A DNA stretch of 64,000 nucleotides from Phoronis australis (taxonomy: Eukaryota; Animalia; Phoronida), in the NCBI GenBank assembly GCA_002633005.1, contig NMRA01000031.1:557411-621410 (forward strand), read 5' to 3'. Each line of letters begins with the position of its first letter. The stretch's first letter is position 1. The translations under genes and the position numbers were made by a program. The notes beneath the pieces were generated by a model. That model was not told the DNA's origin. It saw nothing but the letters and a program-made list of their open reading frames with translations, and searched no databases. Below, piece by piece: positions 50,701 to 62,644 of this stretch.

Positions 50701-53700
50701 TACTGCGAATTTCTAGGAAATAATTTAAAAGTGAGACGAAATCCCACTTAAATGCAAAAGATGAATATTGCAATCCTTTAGGAATATGCCCATGTGAGAT
50801 CATAATTGAAAAGAGCAAAAAAAAAACAGGGTTAAGGATATACATAACACGTGTGCTTCCTGTGTAGCACAGTTGAGGACAAGCCCATGTAGGCTTCTAC
50901 AATGATCGTGAAAACCCATGATCTAAAACACAAATCATGCTTCACATAGCATGTGCTTTCAATCACACTCTGTCAAAATATACTTTTGTGAGGCAGCTTC
51001 AAACTAGCCTGTCAAGCAAATAGCTTGCGAGCCAGACTATAGGTCAGTCTAAGAAACAAGAAGAATGGACTAATACCCGAGGAGAGAGACTATACCAGGG
51101 CTTGGAATTTTCCGCGGAAACGCGGATTTCCACTTTTTTCAAATGTTCTGTCCGCGCATTTTATTATATTTCCGCGTAAAAAAAATCGGATTTGATATAA
51201 AATTTCCACAGCAAAATCCTTTCTTACCGTGGCGTTGCAGGCGACGTTCACCTCGAAAAGCGGAAGTTGCTCTTTATGTTTCGGAGGAACGTAAATTGTC
51301 AACATTGCCAGGGCATCTGGGATAGCGTGGTGGGATTTTCAATGGCGTCTCGTGTTGTTGTAAACCGCGGCGACAAATACTGCGGTTCTGCAGCCAAAAA
51401 TGTGTGGGTTGGGAGTGGACGGACGAGCTAAAAGGGCGCAGACGCATGGTACTGATGGTGGTAACGTTTTTTTTTTTAGTCCTCCCGATTTTTGTCGGGG
51501 AAAGGTTCACATCGACCATTTCAAGGCTGGGTAGCCCGCATGATTTGGGCCGTAAAAGTTCCGCTTTTTTGTCATTGGTCATTCCAAGCCCTGCTATACC
51601 CAGGTGGGTTTATACCTGGGACTTTTCCTGAGGACGCATACTATGCCCAGGTGGGCTAATACCTCGGGCGTTACCTGAGGGTGGAGGCTATACCCAGGGG
51701 AGCTTATAACTGGGACTTATACCTGAAGAGGTAAGCTCATACCTGGGCCAAAAAAAGAAGTTTCCCATTTGCAGGGCTCTCTAAGTCCTACGAATTATAC
51801 CACATTTATAGTGTAATGAGTAAACCATTACTGCGATTGCATCGTATGAATTTCAGAACAACAATTTCATAGTCAATTGGTTGTTATTCAAATGCAAAAA
51901 ATGTGCAGTGAAATAGAAGTTCGAGATATTTAATGAAAATGAATTGTAGAAAACTAATGTGCAGATAGACCATGAAAACAATAAAGTCGAATTACAATTG
52001 CAATAGACGCATTCAATATGCTCTTCTGGGTTCTGAGGTCAGAAAACAATATTCTTCAATTGGCGTAGAAATATTGATTTGCACCAATGCGTGTAGAATG
52101 TCACGACACAAGAGCCCAATGGTAACAAAGCACTGTTGGTAAATGAACGTGTGCATTCTGCATGCGGCTATTGCAACTGTAACATTACAACTTAAATGTA
52201 ACCATAAACGCAAATGCCGGACATACCTGCAGTATAGAGTGGGTCATCTGAAGTAACAGGAGGCACCGTATGCTCATTGACAAACGTAGTAGAGTCTGTG
52301 ACTTTGTTAGTCCTCTTTGACCTCATTTTACCCTGACTAATTGGTCGACTAGGCACGCGATTATCAACAATAAAATCAGCATCAAGTGTTCTGTACTTTT
52401 CATCAAAGTACAATGGCTTATAGAAGTCCCCCACCAGATCTTTCAGTAACTCGCCAATATCCTCAAAGTTAAAACGAATTCCCTTCGATGTCTTGGCCTT
52501 CTCCAATAGAGTCATCATCAAACTCTTTTCACTCGCCTGAACAAATAGAGACAAGTCAACATATAAGTTTGCAAAGCGCAACTATGGAATATGACTAAAG
52601 AATAAGGGCGTAACATAGGTTTGCTGAAGGTATTTCGGAAAATATTTATGATAATTATTTAATTGCGAAATGTTATTCAGCTATCCTTAACAGCTTTTGC
52701 TAAATAAACAAAGAACCCTAATTTAAACATGACAAAAAAGTTTATTACAGTCAACATCGCATTGAACAATAGACACACACACACGCACACGCACACACAC
52801 ATATAACAAGATACTTACAAAGTTATAAAGACTCAGGAGGCACTTGTATGTGAGGAAGTCTTTCAGCACGAGACCGTTCTCAAGGAACAGTTTGACAAAA
52901 TCCACCTTGTCTTCTAGTATGGCTATGTACATCACTTGAGATAGTTCACGAGACTGAAACAACAACCACACTATCTGTTGATAGGTTTGTCAACGTCTAC
53001 TTGCAAGTCAACTAGGACAGGTTACTAATTATCGAAAATAAAGTTGCAGCAAGTTAGTTTGCCTGGGTGGACTACTAGCTATTCCCTATGACACAGTATG
53101 TAGTAGTGACCAGCTTAGTTACTTTGAGGGATACTACTGGGCTAACAACAATTCCAGGCATGATAATAGGCAAAAGAGGAATTGAATTTAAATACACAAT
53201 GAAGAGAAATTAAAATGAAAACTAAAGGTGAGTAACAAAACTACATGGAAACTTAGATGATGAGTGAACACGATAGCCCCTTGGGAGAACTACCTCACAA
53301 ATAAGCGAAATTCCTTTAATCAAACACTCATCAGTCAAATTTAAATCTCATAAATACCTGGAAAGTGGACTCAGTTAACCTCAAATGAGCAAGATTTTAA
53401 TGAAGGCATAAGGACAACATGGGCACCTNAAACTAATGTGCAGATAGACCATGAAAACAATAAAGTCAAATTATAACTGCAATAGACGCATTCAATATGC
53501 TCTTCTGAGGTCAGAAAACAATATTCTTCAATTGGCGTAGAAATATTGATTTGCACCAATGCGTGTAGAATGTCACGACACAACAAGAGCCCAATGGTAA
53601 CAAAGCACTGTTGGTAAATGAACGTGTGCATTCTGCATGCGGCTATTGCAACTGTAACATTACAACTTAAATGTAACCATACACGCAAATGCCGGACATA

Positions 53701-56700
53701 CCTGCAGTATAGAGTGGGTCATCTGAAGTAACAGGAGGCACCGTATGCTCATTGACAAATGTAGTAGAGTCTGTGACTTTGTTAGTCCTCTTTGACCTCA
53801 TTTTACCCTGACTAATTGGTCGACTAGGCACGCGATTATCAACAATAAAATCAGCATCAAGTGTTCTGTACTTTTCATCAAAGTACAATGGCTTATAGAA
53901 GTCCCCCACAAGATCTTTCAGTAACTCGCCAATATCCTCAAAGTTAAAACGAATTCCCTTCGATGTCTTGGCCTTCTCCAATAGAGTCATCATCAAACTC
54001 TTTTCACTCGCCTGAACAAATAGAGACAAGTCAACATATAAGTTTGCAAAGCGCAACTATGGAATATGACTAAAGAATAAGGGCGTAACATAGGTTTGCT
54101 GAAGGTATTTCGGAAAATATTTATGATAATTATTTAATTGCGAAATGTTATTCAGCTATCCTTAACAGCTTTTGCTAAATAAACAAAGAACCCTAATTTA
54201 AACATGACAAAAAAGTTTATTACAGTCAACATCGCATTGAACAATAGACACACACACACGCACACGCACACACACATATAACAAGATACTTACAAAGTTA
54301 TAAAGACTCAGGAGGCACTTGTATGTGAGGAAGTCTTTCAGCACGAGACCGTTCTCAAGGAACAGTTTGACAAAATCCACCTTGTCTTCTAGTATGGCTA
54401 TGTACATCACTTGAGATAGTTCACGAGACTGAAACAACAACCACACTATCTGTTGATAGGTTTGTCAAAGTCTACTTGCAAGTCAACTAGGACAGGTTAC
54501 TAATTATAGAAAATAAAGTGTTTCATGCTTGCAGCAAATTAGTTTGCCTGGGTGGACCACTAGCTATTCCCTATGGCACAGTATGTAGTAGTGACCAGCT
54601 TAGTTACTTTGAGGGATACTACTGGGCTAACAACAATTCCAGGCATGATAATAGGCAAAAGAGGAATTGAATTTAAATACACAATGAAGAGAAATTGAAA
54701 TGAAAACTAAAGGTGAGTAACAAAACTACATGGAAACTTAGATGATGAGTGAACACGATAGCCCCTTGGGAGAACTACCTCACAAATAAGCGAAATTCCT
54801 TTAAACAAACACTCATCAGTCAAATTTAAATCTCATAAATACCTGGAAAGTGGACTCAGTTAAACTCAAATGAGCAAGATTTTAATGAAGGCATAAGGAC
54901 AACATGGGCACCTGCTCAGAAGCAGCTACCACTTGCAGGGGAGCAGTTGAAACAAAACACCCTTGGCCAGAATCCAGAGGGACAACCATCAGGAATGCAA
55001 AACTAAAACTGAAGCTTGTTGACTCCATATTTGACAACTGCATTCACAAAGAATTCCATGTACAAAATCTGATAACACTGTAGCCTCTCCAAAACGAAAA
55101 TGGACTTATCAGAAAAGCTATAATTAATTGATGTTTCAACTCACATCCCATTCATCTTCAGCAGCAAACAGTTCAGTTCTGGCCACATCAACACGGTTCC
55201 AGGCAAGGGCTAACTTCAACTGATCCAACTTCTTGTACTTCTTAGCTAGAAGAGCAACAACAAAGCTCTTGACTTTGAGAGACAGAGTTAATATTAATAC
55301 TAAATATTGCCAAGTTAGTACCGATTTTATTTGTAAGTTTAGACTATACCTTCACCTCGGTTATCATTATCGTTGCTGTCCTCACATTTGAAAAACAACT
55401 TAACTCTTTCAATTGATTTAACTTACACTGCTGACAAATAAGCACCTAATGTAAACTAATGAGATTACGAAATATTCCTGTAGTACCTGAGAGGGCCAGT
55501 TTACAAACAGATTATCTCTGCACATAACAAGTATAGGATGAATGAGTGTTAGTGTCGTAATGACTGATCAGGAGGGAAAGTTCACTTTGGTGCAAGCTCC
55601 CGAGTCAAGCTAGTGCGAAAACAGTCCCTCTTGTACATAGAAGTGATTGACCACACGGTGGTGTGTGGTTGGACACTCTTTCAAGTCACCTATTGAGAGA
55701 ATCACCAACATCCCAGAAGGTGCCAACACACACCTTTGGTTCTGCAAGATCTGCAGTCCTCATTATTTCACAAATGAATGTTACACATTCTTAAGGCTAC
55801 CTTTGAACAAAGCATGCAGGATGGCCAGATCGATGTCTTTGGAAGAGTTTCCAGTGGCGTCAATGTTATAGACACTCATCAGGTGGGGTTTCTTCACACA
55901 CTCCAAGACCCACTGTAATCGTTGGTTGAGGTCTGTCTCTCCCCACTCACTCTTAAGTCTCATCGACACTTCCTCCTCGTAACGATCATCTATCAACACG
56001 ACTTTACTAAAAACACAATTAAAGGATGATTATAGCAGAAATGTTACAANTCCTCACATTTGACAAACAACTTAACTCTTTCAATTGATTTAACTTACAC
56101 AGCTGACAAATAAGCACCTAATGTAAACTAATGAGATTATGAAATATTCATGTAGTACCTGAGAGGGCCAGTGTACAAACAGATTATCTCTGCCCATAAC
56201 AAGTATAGGATGAATGAGTGTTAGTGTCGTAATGACTGATCAGGAGGGAAAGTTCACTTTGGTGCAAGCTCCCAAGTCAAGCTAGTGCGAAAACAGTCCC
56301 TCTTGTACATAGTGTACACACGGTGGTGTGTGGTTGGACACTCTTTCAAGTCACCTATTGAGAGAATCACCAACATCCCAGAAGGTGCCAACACACACCT
56401 TTGGTTCTGCAAGATCTGCAGTCCTCATTATTTCACAAATGAATGTTACACATTCTTAAGGCTACCTTTGAACAAAGCATGCAGGATGGCCAGATCGATG
56501 TCTTTGGAAGAGTTTCCAGTGGCGTCAATGTTATAGACACTCATCAGGTGGGGTTTCTTCACACACTCCAAGACCCACTGTAATCGTTGGTTGAGGTCTG
56601 TCTCTCCCCACTCACTCTTAAGTCTCATCGACACTTCCTCCTCGTAACGATCATCTATCAACACGACTTTACTAAAAACACAATTAAAGGATGATTATAG

Positions 56701-59700
56701 CAGAAATGTTACAAATGTGTCATAGCTATATATCGGGAGTTCCACTCGCATTTAAGGTTGTCTATATCAAGAACCATGCCATAAAGCTTTAAAACAGTAT
56801 TAAGAATACACAAAATAGTAACTTTCTCAGCATCATTTTATAAAGTACTAATGAATATAAAGATTTCTGACCCGCCCAAGACTCAAACCCAGGACCTTCT
56901 GGCTGGGGGCAGAAAAATTTCCAGACTTATATTCATTAGGTCATGTGATGTGGCCAACAGATAACATGCTGACCAGACTTAAAATGTGTTCAACATATTT
57001 TCCAAGCTGTATAGAGATTGACATATGCATACACACTGAGGAGGTCAGGGGTGATGCATCTACTAAGTCTGACTGGATTTCTGTGTTTTATTGTTGGTCC
57101 CAATGGCTCAGTGGCTAGAGCATATGCACGGTTAGCAGAAGGTCCTGGATTCGGAGCCCAAATCAGGCAAAGAAATCTTTTCAGACCAATATTCATTAGG
57201 TCACATGATGTGGCCAACAGATGGCATGCTGATCAGAATTAAAATGTTTGCAACATATTTCCCATGCCGTATTGAGATTGACACGTTTATATAGTAACTT
57301 ACATTTTCTCCTTCTTGTTCATGTGGTTAGTTACTTCAATCTCTTCTTCTCTGATTTGCTGGTAGGCCCAGGCTAAGATGTCAGCACATCGGCCTGAACC
57401 CTACAAAGAGTCAACGGTCAAAATTCAAAGGTCAAAGTTCCTACCAGTTAGCTTGGAGCTAACAAGGCTTGTCTGGAGAGTGACATTATACTAACTACCA
57501 AGCAAAACAGTTAAAACACAGGGTGATTTTAACAACACTGATCATTCACAAACTACAATGCTGAGATATCTCTTCTTGGAATAGAAAGTGTCAGTATCCG
57601 ATCAGTTACACTGGTATCCATTTTGTTTGTGTTTGGCTTGCAACATTTTGACCATGCTAAACTCTCAAAATACTTGCCTTATTGAAAACATCCTAGGTAC
57701 AGGTTAGACTGTCGGAGAGAATTATTGAGAAGTAACATTTTCCTAGTAGCTAGCATAATGATCGTACCATTTAGATTAGGAATGCTATGTCTTTAATATT
57801 TTAATGAAACGACCAGTTGTACCACTCAAATGCACACAGCCAAATAACTGAGGATCCTGTCACATACTGTTGACAAAATATAAGAAAGTAATTTGCAAGT
57901 TTAGCCACCAGTAGTGTGACTGGTCAGAGATATTGAATTTTAAACTCAATGACTACTTACTGCAACTACCACAGCAGGTGTATCATTGGTGATGGCTTCA
58001 TACACAGTCTGTAGTGTGCCCGGCCCTCCTTCTAACACTAACTGGACAATGGGGATCAACACACCACCTAGTGTCAATGAATGGTACTAAGTTAATGCAT
58101 TGCTTCACACAGAAGTCCATGCATTCTTTTTAAAATTACGTGGACTATGGGGAACGACGCACTACATTAGACAGATACATGATGTTGCTTCATTCAAAAA
58201 CCAAACTCAACACACAATACCAAGACAGCAAATTTTCAAATATTTTCCTGGAATGGAAACTAAATTTTCCACTTTCTAAGATTCTTGTGCCCATAAAATC
58301 CTCAAACAACCAGAACAGCGAAATACATTATGTTACATATGAGATCACCAAGTTCATGATTTGTTTTCATTTTACTTATGTATTCCCTAGCAGGTAAGTA
58401 CTAAAAATGAACATGCTATTGGCAAAACAGGCCTTAACAAAACAGTGCACACACCTGTGGTCCTCTGTGATATCGCGTGTTCCAATCGACCACGGAAGGG
58501 AATCTCTTTACCAAACTTGTGCAACGTGCCATCATCGACCAGGATGAAATGGGAGTGGTTTTGGTCAAGGGGCGACTCTGATCGTACGTTTCCTTCAGCC
58601 TTATACTGAGCTGGCCAATGTCCAGTACCCTGAGAGAAACATAACATTGAAACAGCCATATAACTTACATGGTGTTGAATAAGCAGTTTCTGACACACTT
58701 TTAAGTGTCAAACACCAACTAAAACTTGCAATTGTTTTCAGATATGGCACTGTGTCGTTAAGATCTTTTTCTGTGGTATTTGAATTTACAAAATTTAATG
58801 TGGAAATACTTGAGGCTAGTTTATTTTTGCCTCATTTGTTTGCTCATGTTTTACAGGTTTGGAAACAAACTGAAAGACAATTTAATCCTGCCAATAAAAT
58901 TCAACACAACTTTCTAACTCACTTCCTCATTAATCAGTGTTTGATTTTCCTGAATGATCCCCCAGGTGGCGATACCAATCACATGCACTTTGTCTTTGGA
59001 TGAAGCAATACTGGCCTCTCTGGCAGCCTTACCAACATACTTCATGACACCAGCATTGGTACCTCCAGTAATGATCCAGGCACCTGAAGAAGAACACATC
59101 ATGACAGACAGGATACATGCATTCCTTATGGCGTAGCATTCCACAAGTGTCACAACACTGCAAGAAAATGTCAGACAAGAATAGTTTGAAAATGAGACAA
59201 ATTTAGCGGCCTTAATTTACATGAGTGAAAATTTAGTTTGGTGTTGCGTCAAAGGATGCATAAGCACAGCCTGGAGCCAAAACTGCATACATCTAACTGC
59301 TCGTGCTATTTTCACTTCGTTACGCTGTGAAAGCAAAACCATACCAGTGCTCTGTGCAGCCTTCATCAAGCCTCTGCCAAAGACCTTCTCAAGTCGGGGA
59401 GACAACTTGAAGTTCTTGGCGCCACCAGTGACTGATATGAGCAGGTTGGGACTGGACAGTCTCCAGCGATCCAACATGAGACGCAATATGGTCTCCATCT
59501 CTTCGTTGTCGGCAACACGCACATACTGTAATTCATAGGACCAAGTAACAGTATAAATCTGAACACTAAGACTATTTTGCATAAATAACCCTTGACGCAA
59601 GTATTGGAAACATTAACCTCATTAAACATCTCATTAACATCTGAAAGAAGTGAAAAAGCACATCAGTCACATTTGACTTGTTGCTCAATACACAAAATCA

Positions 59701-62309
59701 TTGACAACTTAAAAACAGAGAGAATGACGTTATTACAGTCAACAGTTTAAGGAAAGATTTCTTTTCTGCGTGGTCTGTTCATAAAATTGTAGAACAAGAG
59801 CTTACAGTAAAAATTCTCCAGTTCGGTACAGGAGCTCATACAAAATTTTAGAAATAGACAATATCGTCTGTTCCAAATTTAAGAATTGTGATCAATGACA
59901 ATCAACATTACCACCAACGGGGGCATGTAAACAAGTTTCCAAGACTATTTTTGACACTTTTTTGAAGTGCCACGTCTACTTTCAGACTCTCTTTAAACAA
60001 ATAGCAGCGTCCGATACTATAGACATGTGGTAAACGCTAACATCGCCCATGTCCCAATCTTTGAAATCAAGAAATTTCATTTTCTGTTTGAATTTGGTTA
60101 CTCCAAATTTGAGAGACTGTCCAAAACTCCAGAATAATTGCTGCATTTAAGAGGGCACACTTCTACAGCTTCAAGTTACCTTTGATTGTATATTGTAAGG
60201 AGTATGTGGCACTAAACTGCAGTGGTGACAGAAAAATAAATTTACTGTTTCTAGACAACTTACTAACCCTTGCTCATCAGTAAAAATCCCTTTGCAACAA
60301 GTCATTTGCTAATCCTGTCTTGTGTTTGTCATTATCACCAAAGAAGGGCTACATCACTCCACAGACTTCAGGGTCCTCTAAAGCCATTTTTCCACCAGCC
60401 AATCGCAACACACATTTTATAACCACATGACAAAAAGTATCCAACTTACTTTTCCAATTTTTGAGCTGAAACCGATGAATTCAATTTCTCCAAACGCGTT
60501 CGTCGGAACATTCCTGGTATGCTTGGACACGATCCAGTCCTCGCCAGTGGATCCCTGGCGTAAGAATGTTTGATCATGCTCAGCCTCTGTATAACCACAC
60601 TTGCACACTCCAGTCGGCTTATCATCTTTACTAATTGTTTGCATGTAACGTGTACACACTCTCATGCGAACGTTGTTTGGAATCCATTCCTTCTCAAGCT
60701 CTTGCTGTGAAACAAGGTGGAAGACAGTTAATGTTAATGAGCCAAGATTTTATTCAAGTGGAGAGGTTTATGGTTTATGCAAATAAATTTAATAATAGTT
60801 TTTTTGGACATGCTGTTGCAGACCAATTGTTTACTAGATAGTATTCTTAAGTATCACGTTCTACCCACGAGAAAACTTTATCCATACAGAAAGGACACGA
60901 TGAGTCATAATGGTGACGGCCTTGGGATCTAAGTATAATTTGGACCAGTTCCACTTTAGAACTTTCATGTCTTTTGGTCATGACTTGAGTTTGAACTAAT
61001 ATGTCAGAAGTAGGCTGACACTGTTCTAAGTTTAATAAGTTTTAATGTTCTGTTTGTGATCTAGCAGGTAGCACTTGATTGACATGACCCATAATGTCAG
61101 GACAATTTATTTACAATAGAATTGTTAAGGATCATTCTAGAAGATTCTTGTTTAGTGATTAACATAGTCTGGAACATTTTAGAGCCTAGCATATGTTAGT
61201 AGAGTGATTGGATAGATTCTGGAAAGTTCTCGAATGCAAATGCACTTGAATTGGTGAAAAGCTCTAGAACATTGTAAGAGACTCACACTGATCTCCACCT
61301 AGTGAGAAAATGTGACTGAATGAGTGCATGAGACATAATATAGAAATTTTACCAAGTTTGTACAGCACAACTAATAGTATGCATATCAGACTTCTAATAG
61401 GATCAAAAGCGTATTCACACACACAATATTGTGACTTCTCCATGCAAATAACAAATAACAAACTGCTGAAATCATTCCCGGACAAACGGAATTAGGTTAA
61501 TCTCAGACATGACAAAACAAAAAATCAAATATGACATACAAACCTATTTTTGGTATTTTCATCACATCCAACAGTCAATTCCTGATTGAGGCAACTAGAC
61601 CCCCTCCCCACACATGAACAATTTAAACACACAGTGTCAGTCAGCTGGATATGGTTGTCTGGGAACGACGTCACAGAAAGACTGAAGAGTGTCTATTTCA
61701 GAACACCAATGAGGCTTAGACTTTTTGTGTCACCTGTGATTTCACTTGTACTTTTTTATTTTTTTTATTATTTTTGTTTTTAATTTTCATGTATTCACCA
61801 ATAATTGCCTAAGTTAAACTGGGTTCTTGGAAAAATTTTATGCGCAATTATTGTCAGAGATTGGGGATTTTTAGTACTCGCATCAGAAGATCACGATTTG
61901 TTTTCATGGATAACATTAAAAAATTATGTTCAATTTGAATTCTAGTCACTCTATTTGCCAAACAAGGGTCCAGTAATTTACAAAGATTTATTGAATTCTA
62001 ACACTTATTTGAAGTGAAATATTACAACCACCCTGTACCCTCGTACAAAGATTTATTGAATTGTAACACTTATTTGAAGTGAAATATTACAACCACCCTG
62101 TACCCTCGTACAAAGATTTATTGAATTGTAACACTTATTTGAAATGAAATATTACAACCACCCTGTACCCTCGTACAAACCTGGGCCAAGTCTCGCTCAT
62201 TTCCACTGCCTAAGTCAAGGATCAGCTTTTCAGTGTCTTTTGTTGCTTGACTTTTCATCAACACCGAGCTCTTGACGGCTTTACTGGCCCGTGCAAATGC
62301 ACGGCTTTT
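25300..62309 (-). CDS. TRPM2: TRPM2-like cation channel with C-terminal NUDT9-homology domain, at least 1612 aa, 5' end not found
   Basis: 31 phase-compatible GT-AG exons (4839 nt using one TRP exon and one copy of each duplicated exon): 62309-62181, 60704-60450, 59525-59345, 59083-58923, 58629-58455, 58067-57961, 57400-57303, 56006-55801, 55245-55145, 52953-52819, 52536-52227, 49099-48972, 48700-48600, 47521-47296, 46779-46672, 45591-45364, 45004-44876, 44293-44030, 43283-43109, 42126-41976, TRP exon, 36873-36738, 36292-36190, 35997-35880, 32758-32601, 31419-31325, 29834-29640, 29176-29071, 28303-28163, 26268-26155, 25419-25300. Motifs: [68 protein letters not shown] and WNILD (Ca site), [11 protein letters not shown] filter, [33 protein letters not shown]. 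Confidence 0.93.
31651..31884. mobile_element. Foldback / MITE-like element: about 111-bp inverted arms with a 12-nt loop, flanked by TA
   Basis: Left arm taagcacttc...tttgtaatcga (31651-31761) is nearly the exact reverse complement of tcgattacaaa...gaagcgctta (31774-31884). Confidence 0.85.
32260..32415 (+). repeat. Degenerate tandem repeat, about 40-bp unit, about 4 copies
   Basis: Unit approximates ccactttaatttacattcttaagcctcagtcgcacca. Confidence 0.8.
38192..38373 (-). CDS. TRPM2: TRPM2-like TRP-helix exon, variant C (182 nt)
   Basis: ccacag|[62 protein letters not shown]|gtaagt; phase 2 in, phase 1 out. Confidence 0.9.
39060..39247 (-). CDS. TRPM2: TRPM2-like TRP-helix exon, variant B (188 nt; missed by the ORF track)
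   Basis: ttacag|[64 protein letters not shown]|gtaagt; phase 2 in, phase 1 out. Confidence 0.9.
40999..41183 (-). CDS. TRPM2: TRPM2-like TRP-helix exon, variant A (185 nt)
   Basis: tttcag|[63 protein letters not shown]|gtaagt; phase 2 in, phase 1 out. Confidence 0.88.
41976..45004 (-). CDS. TRPM2: TRPM2-like gene: four exons encoding transmembrane segments S1-S6 and pore
   Basis: [21 protein letters not shown]; [31 protein letters not shown]; [26 protein letters not shown]; two pore-loop cysteines (QCTND..TRCP); [18 protein letters not shown]. Confidence 0.93.
46448..46465 (-). CDS. Candidate 18-nt in-frame microexon (TSDKQP) in the TRPM2-like pre-S1 loop
   Basis: tttttag|ACCTCAGACAAACAACCT|gtaagt; phase 0-0 matching the flanking exons. 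Confidence 0.55.
47670..47965 (+). mobile_element. SINE remnant (Deu/Nin-core-like) with an internal 40-bp tandem repeat
   Basis: ggtgtataaa..., acctgtgatggattaccatcc repeated at 40-bp spacing (about 47722-47880), then ctacagaaa...gagcc...ggctca...tttacttt tail; resemblance recalled from memory. Confidence 0.5.
48333..48568 (+). mobile_element. tRNA-derived SINE, copy 1
   Basis: A box TGGCCTGGTTG, B box GGTTCGAGTCC, body shared with the copy at 62403-62644, AT-rich tail. Confidence 0.8.
50522..50539 (-). CDS. Candidate 18-nt symmetric phase-1 microexon (VSTTRA) in the TRPM2-like MHR region
   Basis: cctgttttag|TTAGCACAACACGGGCTG|gtaagg; in frame, no stop. Confidence 0.45.
51096..51593. mobile_element. 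Non-autonomous DNA transposon (CAGGG-ended, hAT-like), 498 bp, 6-bp target duplication CTATAC
   Basis: TIRs cagggcttggaa / ttccaagccctg; ctatac directly on both sides (51090-51095 and 51594-51599); CpG-rich interior. Confidence 0.85.
51951..54913. repeat. About 1.48-kb direct duplication joined at a single N (53429), duplicating two TRPM2 exons; probable uncollapsed haplotype overlap
   Basis: Copies offset by about 1475 bp, identical exon translations, a few SNPs and small indels. Confidence 0.85.
55380..56714. repeat. About 0.67-kb direct duplication joined at a single N (56050), duplicating one TRPM2 exon; probable assembly artefact
   Basis: Exon copies 56006-55801 and 56671-56466 encode the same peptide; offset about 665 bp. 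Confidence 0.85.
56850..57292 (+). mobile_element. Second tRNA-derived SINE family: copy at about 57096-57292 plus a rearranged partial copy at about 56850-57030
   Basis: A box TGGCTCAGTGG and B-box-like GGATTCGGAGCCC; body attcattaggtca..tgatgtggccaacagat..catgctga occurs twice; an inverted head fragment lies at about 56850-56900. Confidence 0.6.
61979..62179 (+). repeat. Tandem repeat, 65-bp unit x3, abutting an exon donor site
   Basis: Unit tacaaagatttattgaatt.taacacttatttgaa.tgaaatattacaaccaccctgtaccctcg starts at 61979, 62044, 62109. Confidence 0.92.
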
Positions 62310-62402
62310 CTAAAAACAAAAATATAAAAATGAGACACAAATCCTTACAGTTTTGTATCAATTTTCCATGATGAATACAGTTGGTCAACTCGTTCACTTA
62401 AT

Positions 62403-62644
62403 GAGGAGGCAGTGTGGCCTAGTGTGATAGGTGCCCGCGTTCATTACTCGAGTTCATGGGTTCGAGTCTCGCTGGGCTAAGCTACACTGCTAGACCCATG
62501 AGTCAGGTTTCTAGCTCCTCAGTTGGATTTTAACAACATAGTAATAAAATATTTCCAGGTGACCAGTGCAGTGGGTCCACATGGATAGCCAGTGCACGTC
62601 TGATACAACATGTATCAGACTCCCTGCAATTATCTTTTTTTAAA
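62403..62644 (+). mobile_element. tRNA-derived SINE, copy 2
   Basis: gaggaggcagtgtggcctagtg..gggttcgagtctc..caggtttctagctcc..aaaatatttccaggtga..tgtatcagac; colinear with 48333-48568. Confidence 0.8.

Noticed and set aside
51951-54913. Duplicated TRPM2 exon pair (135 and 310 nt) as a second alternative-exon cassette
   Set aside because: Copies are nearly identical including introns, encode the same peptide and are joined at a single N; including both would frameshift (445 nt). Best explained as two unmerged haplotypes; read depth would settle it.
55380-56714. Duplicated 206-nt TRPM2 exon
   Set aside because: Same pattern: identical peptide, allele-level differences and a single N at the junction.
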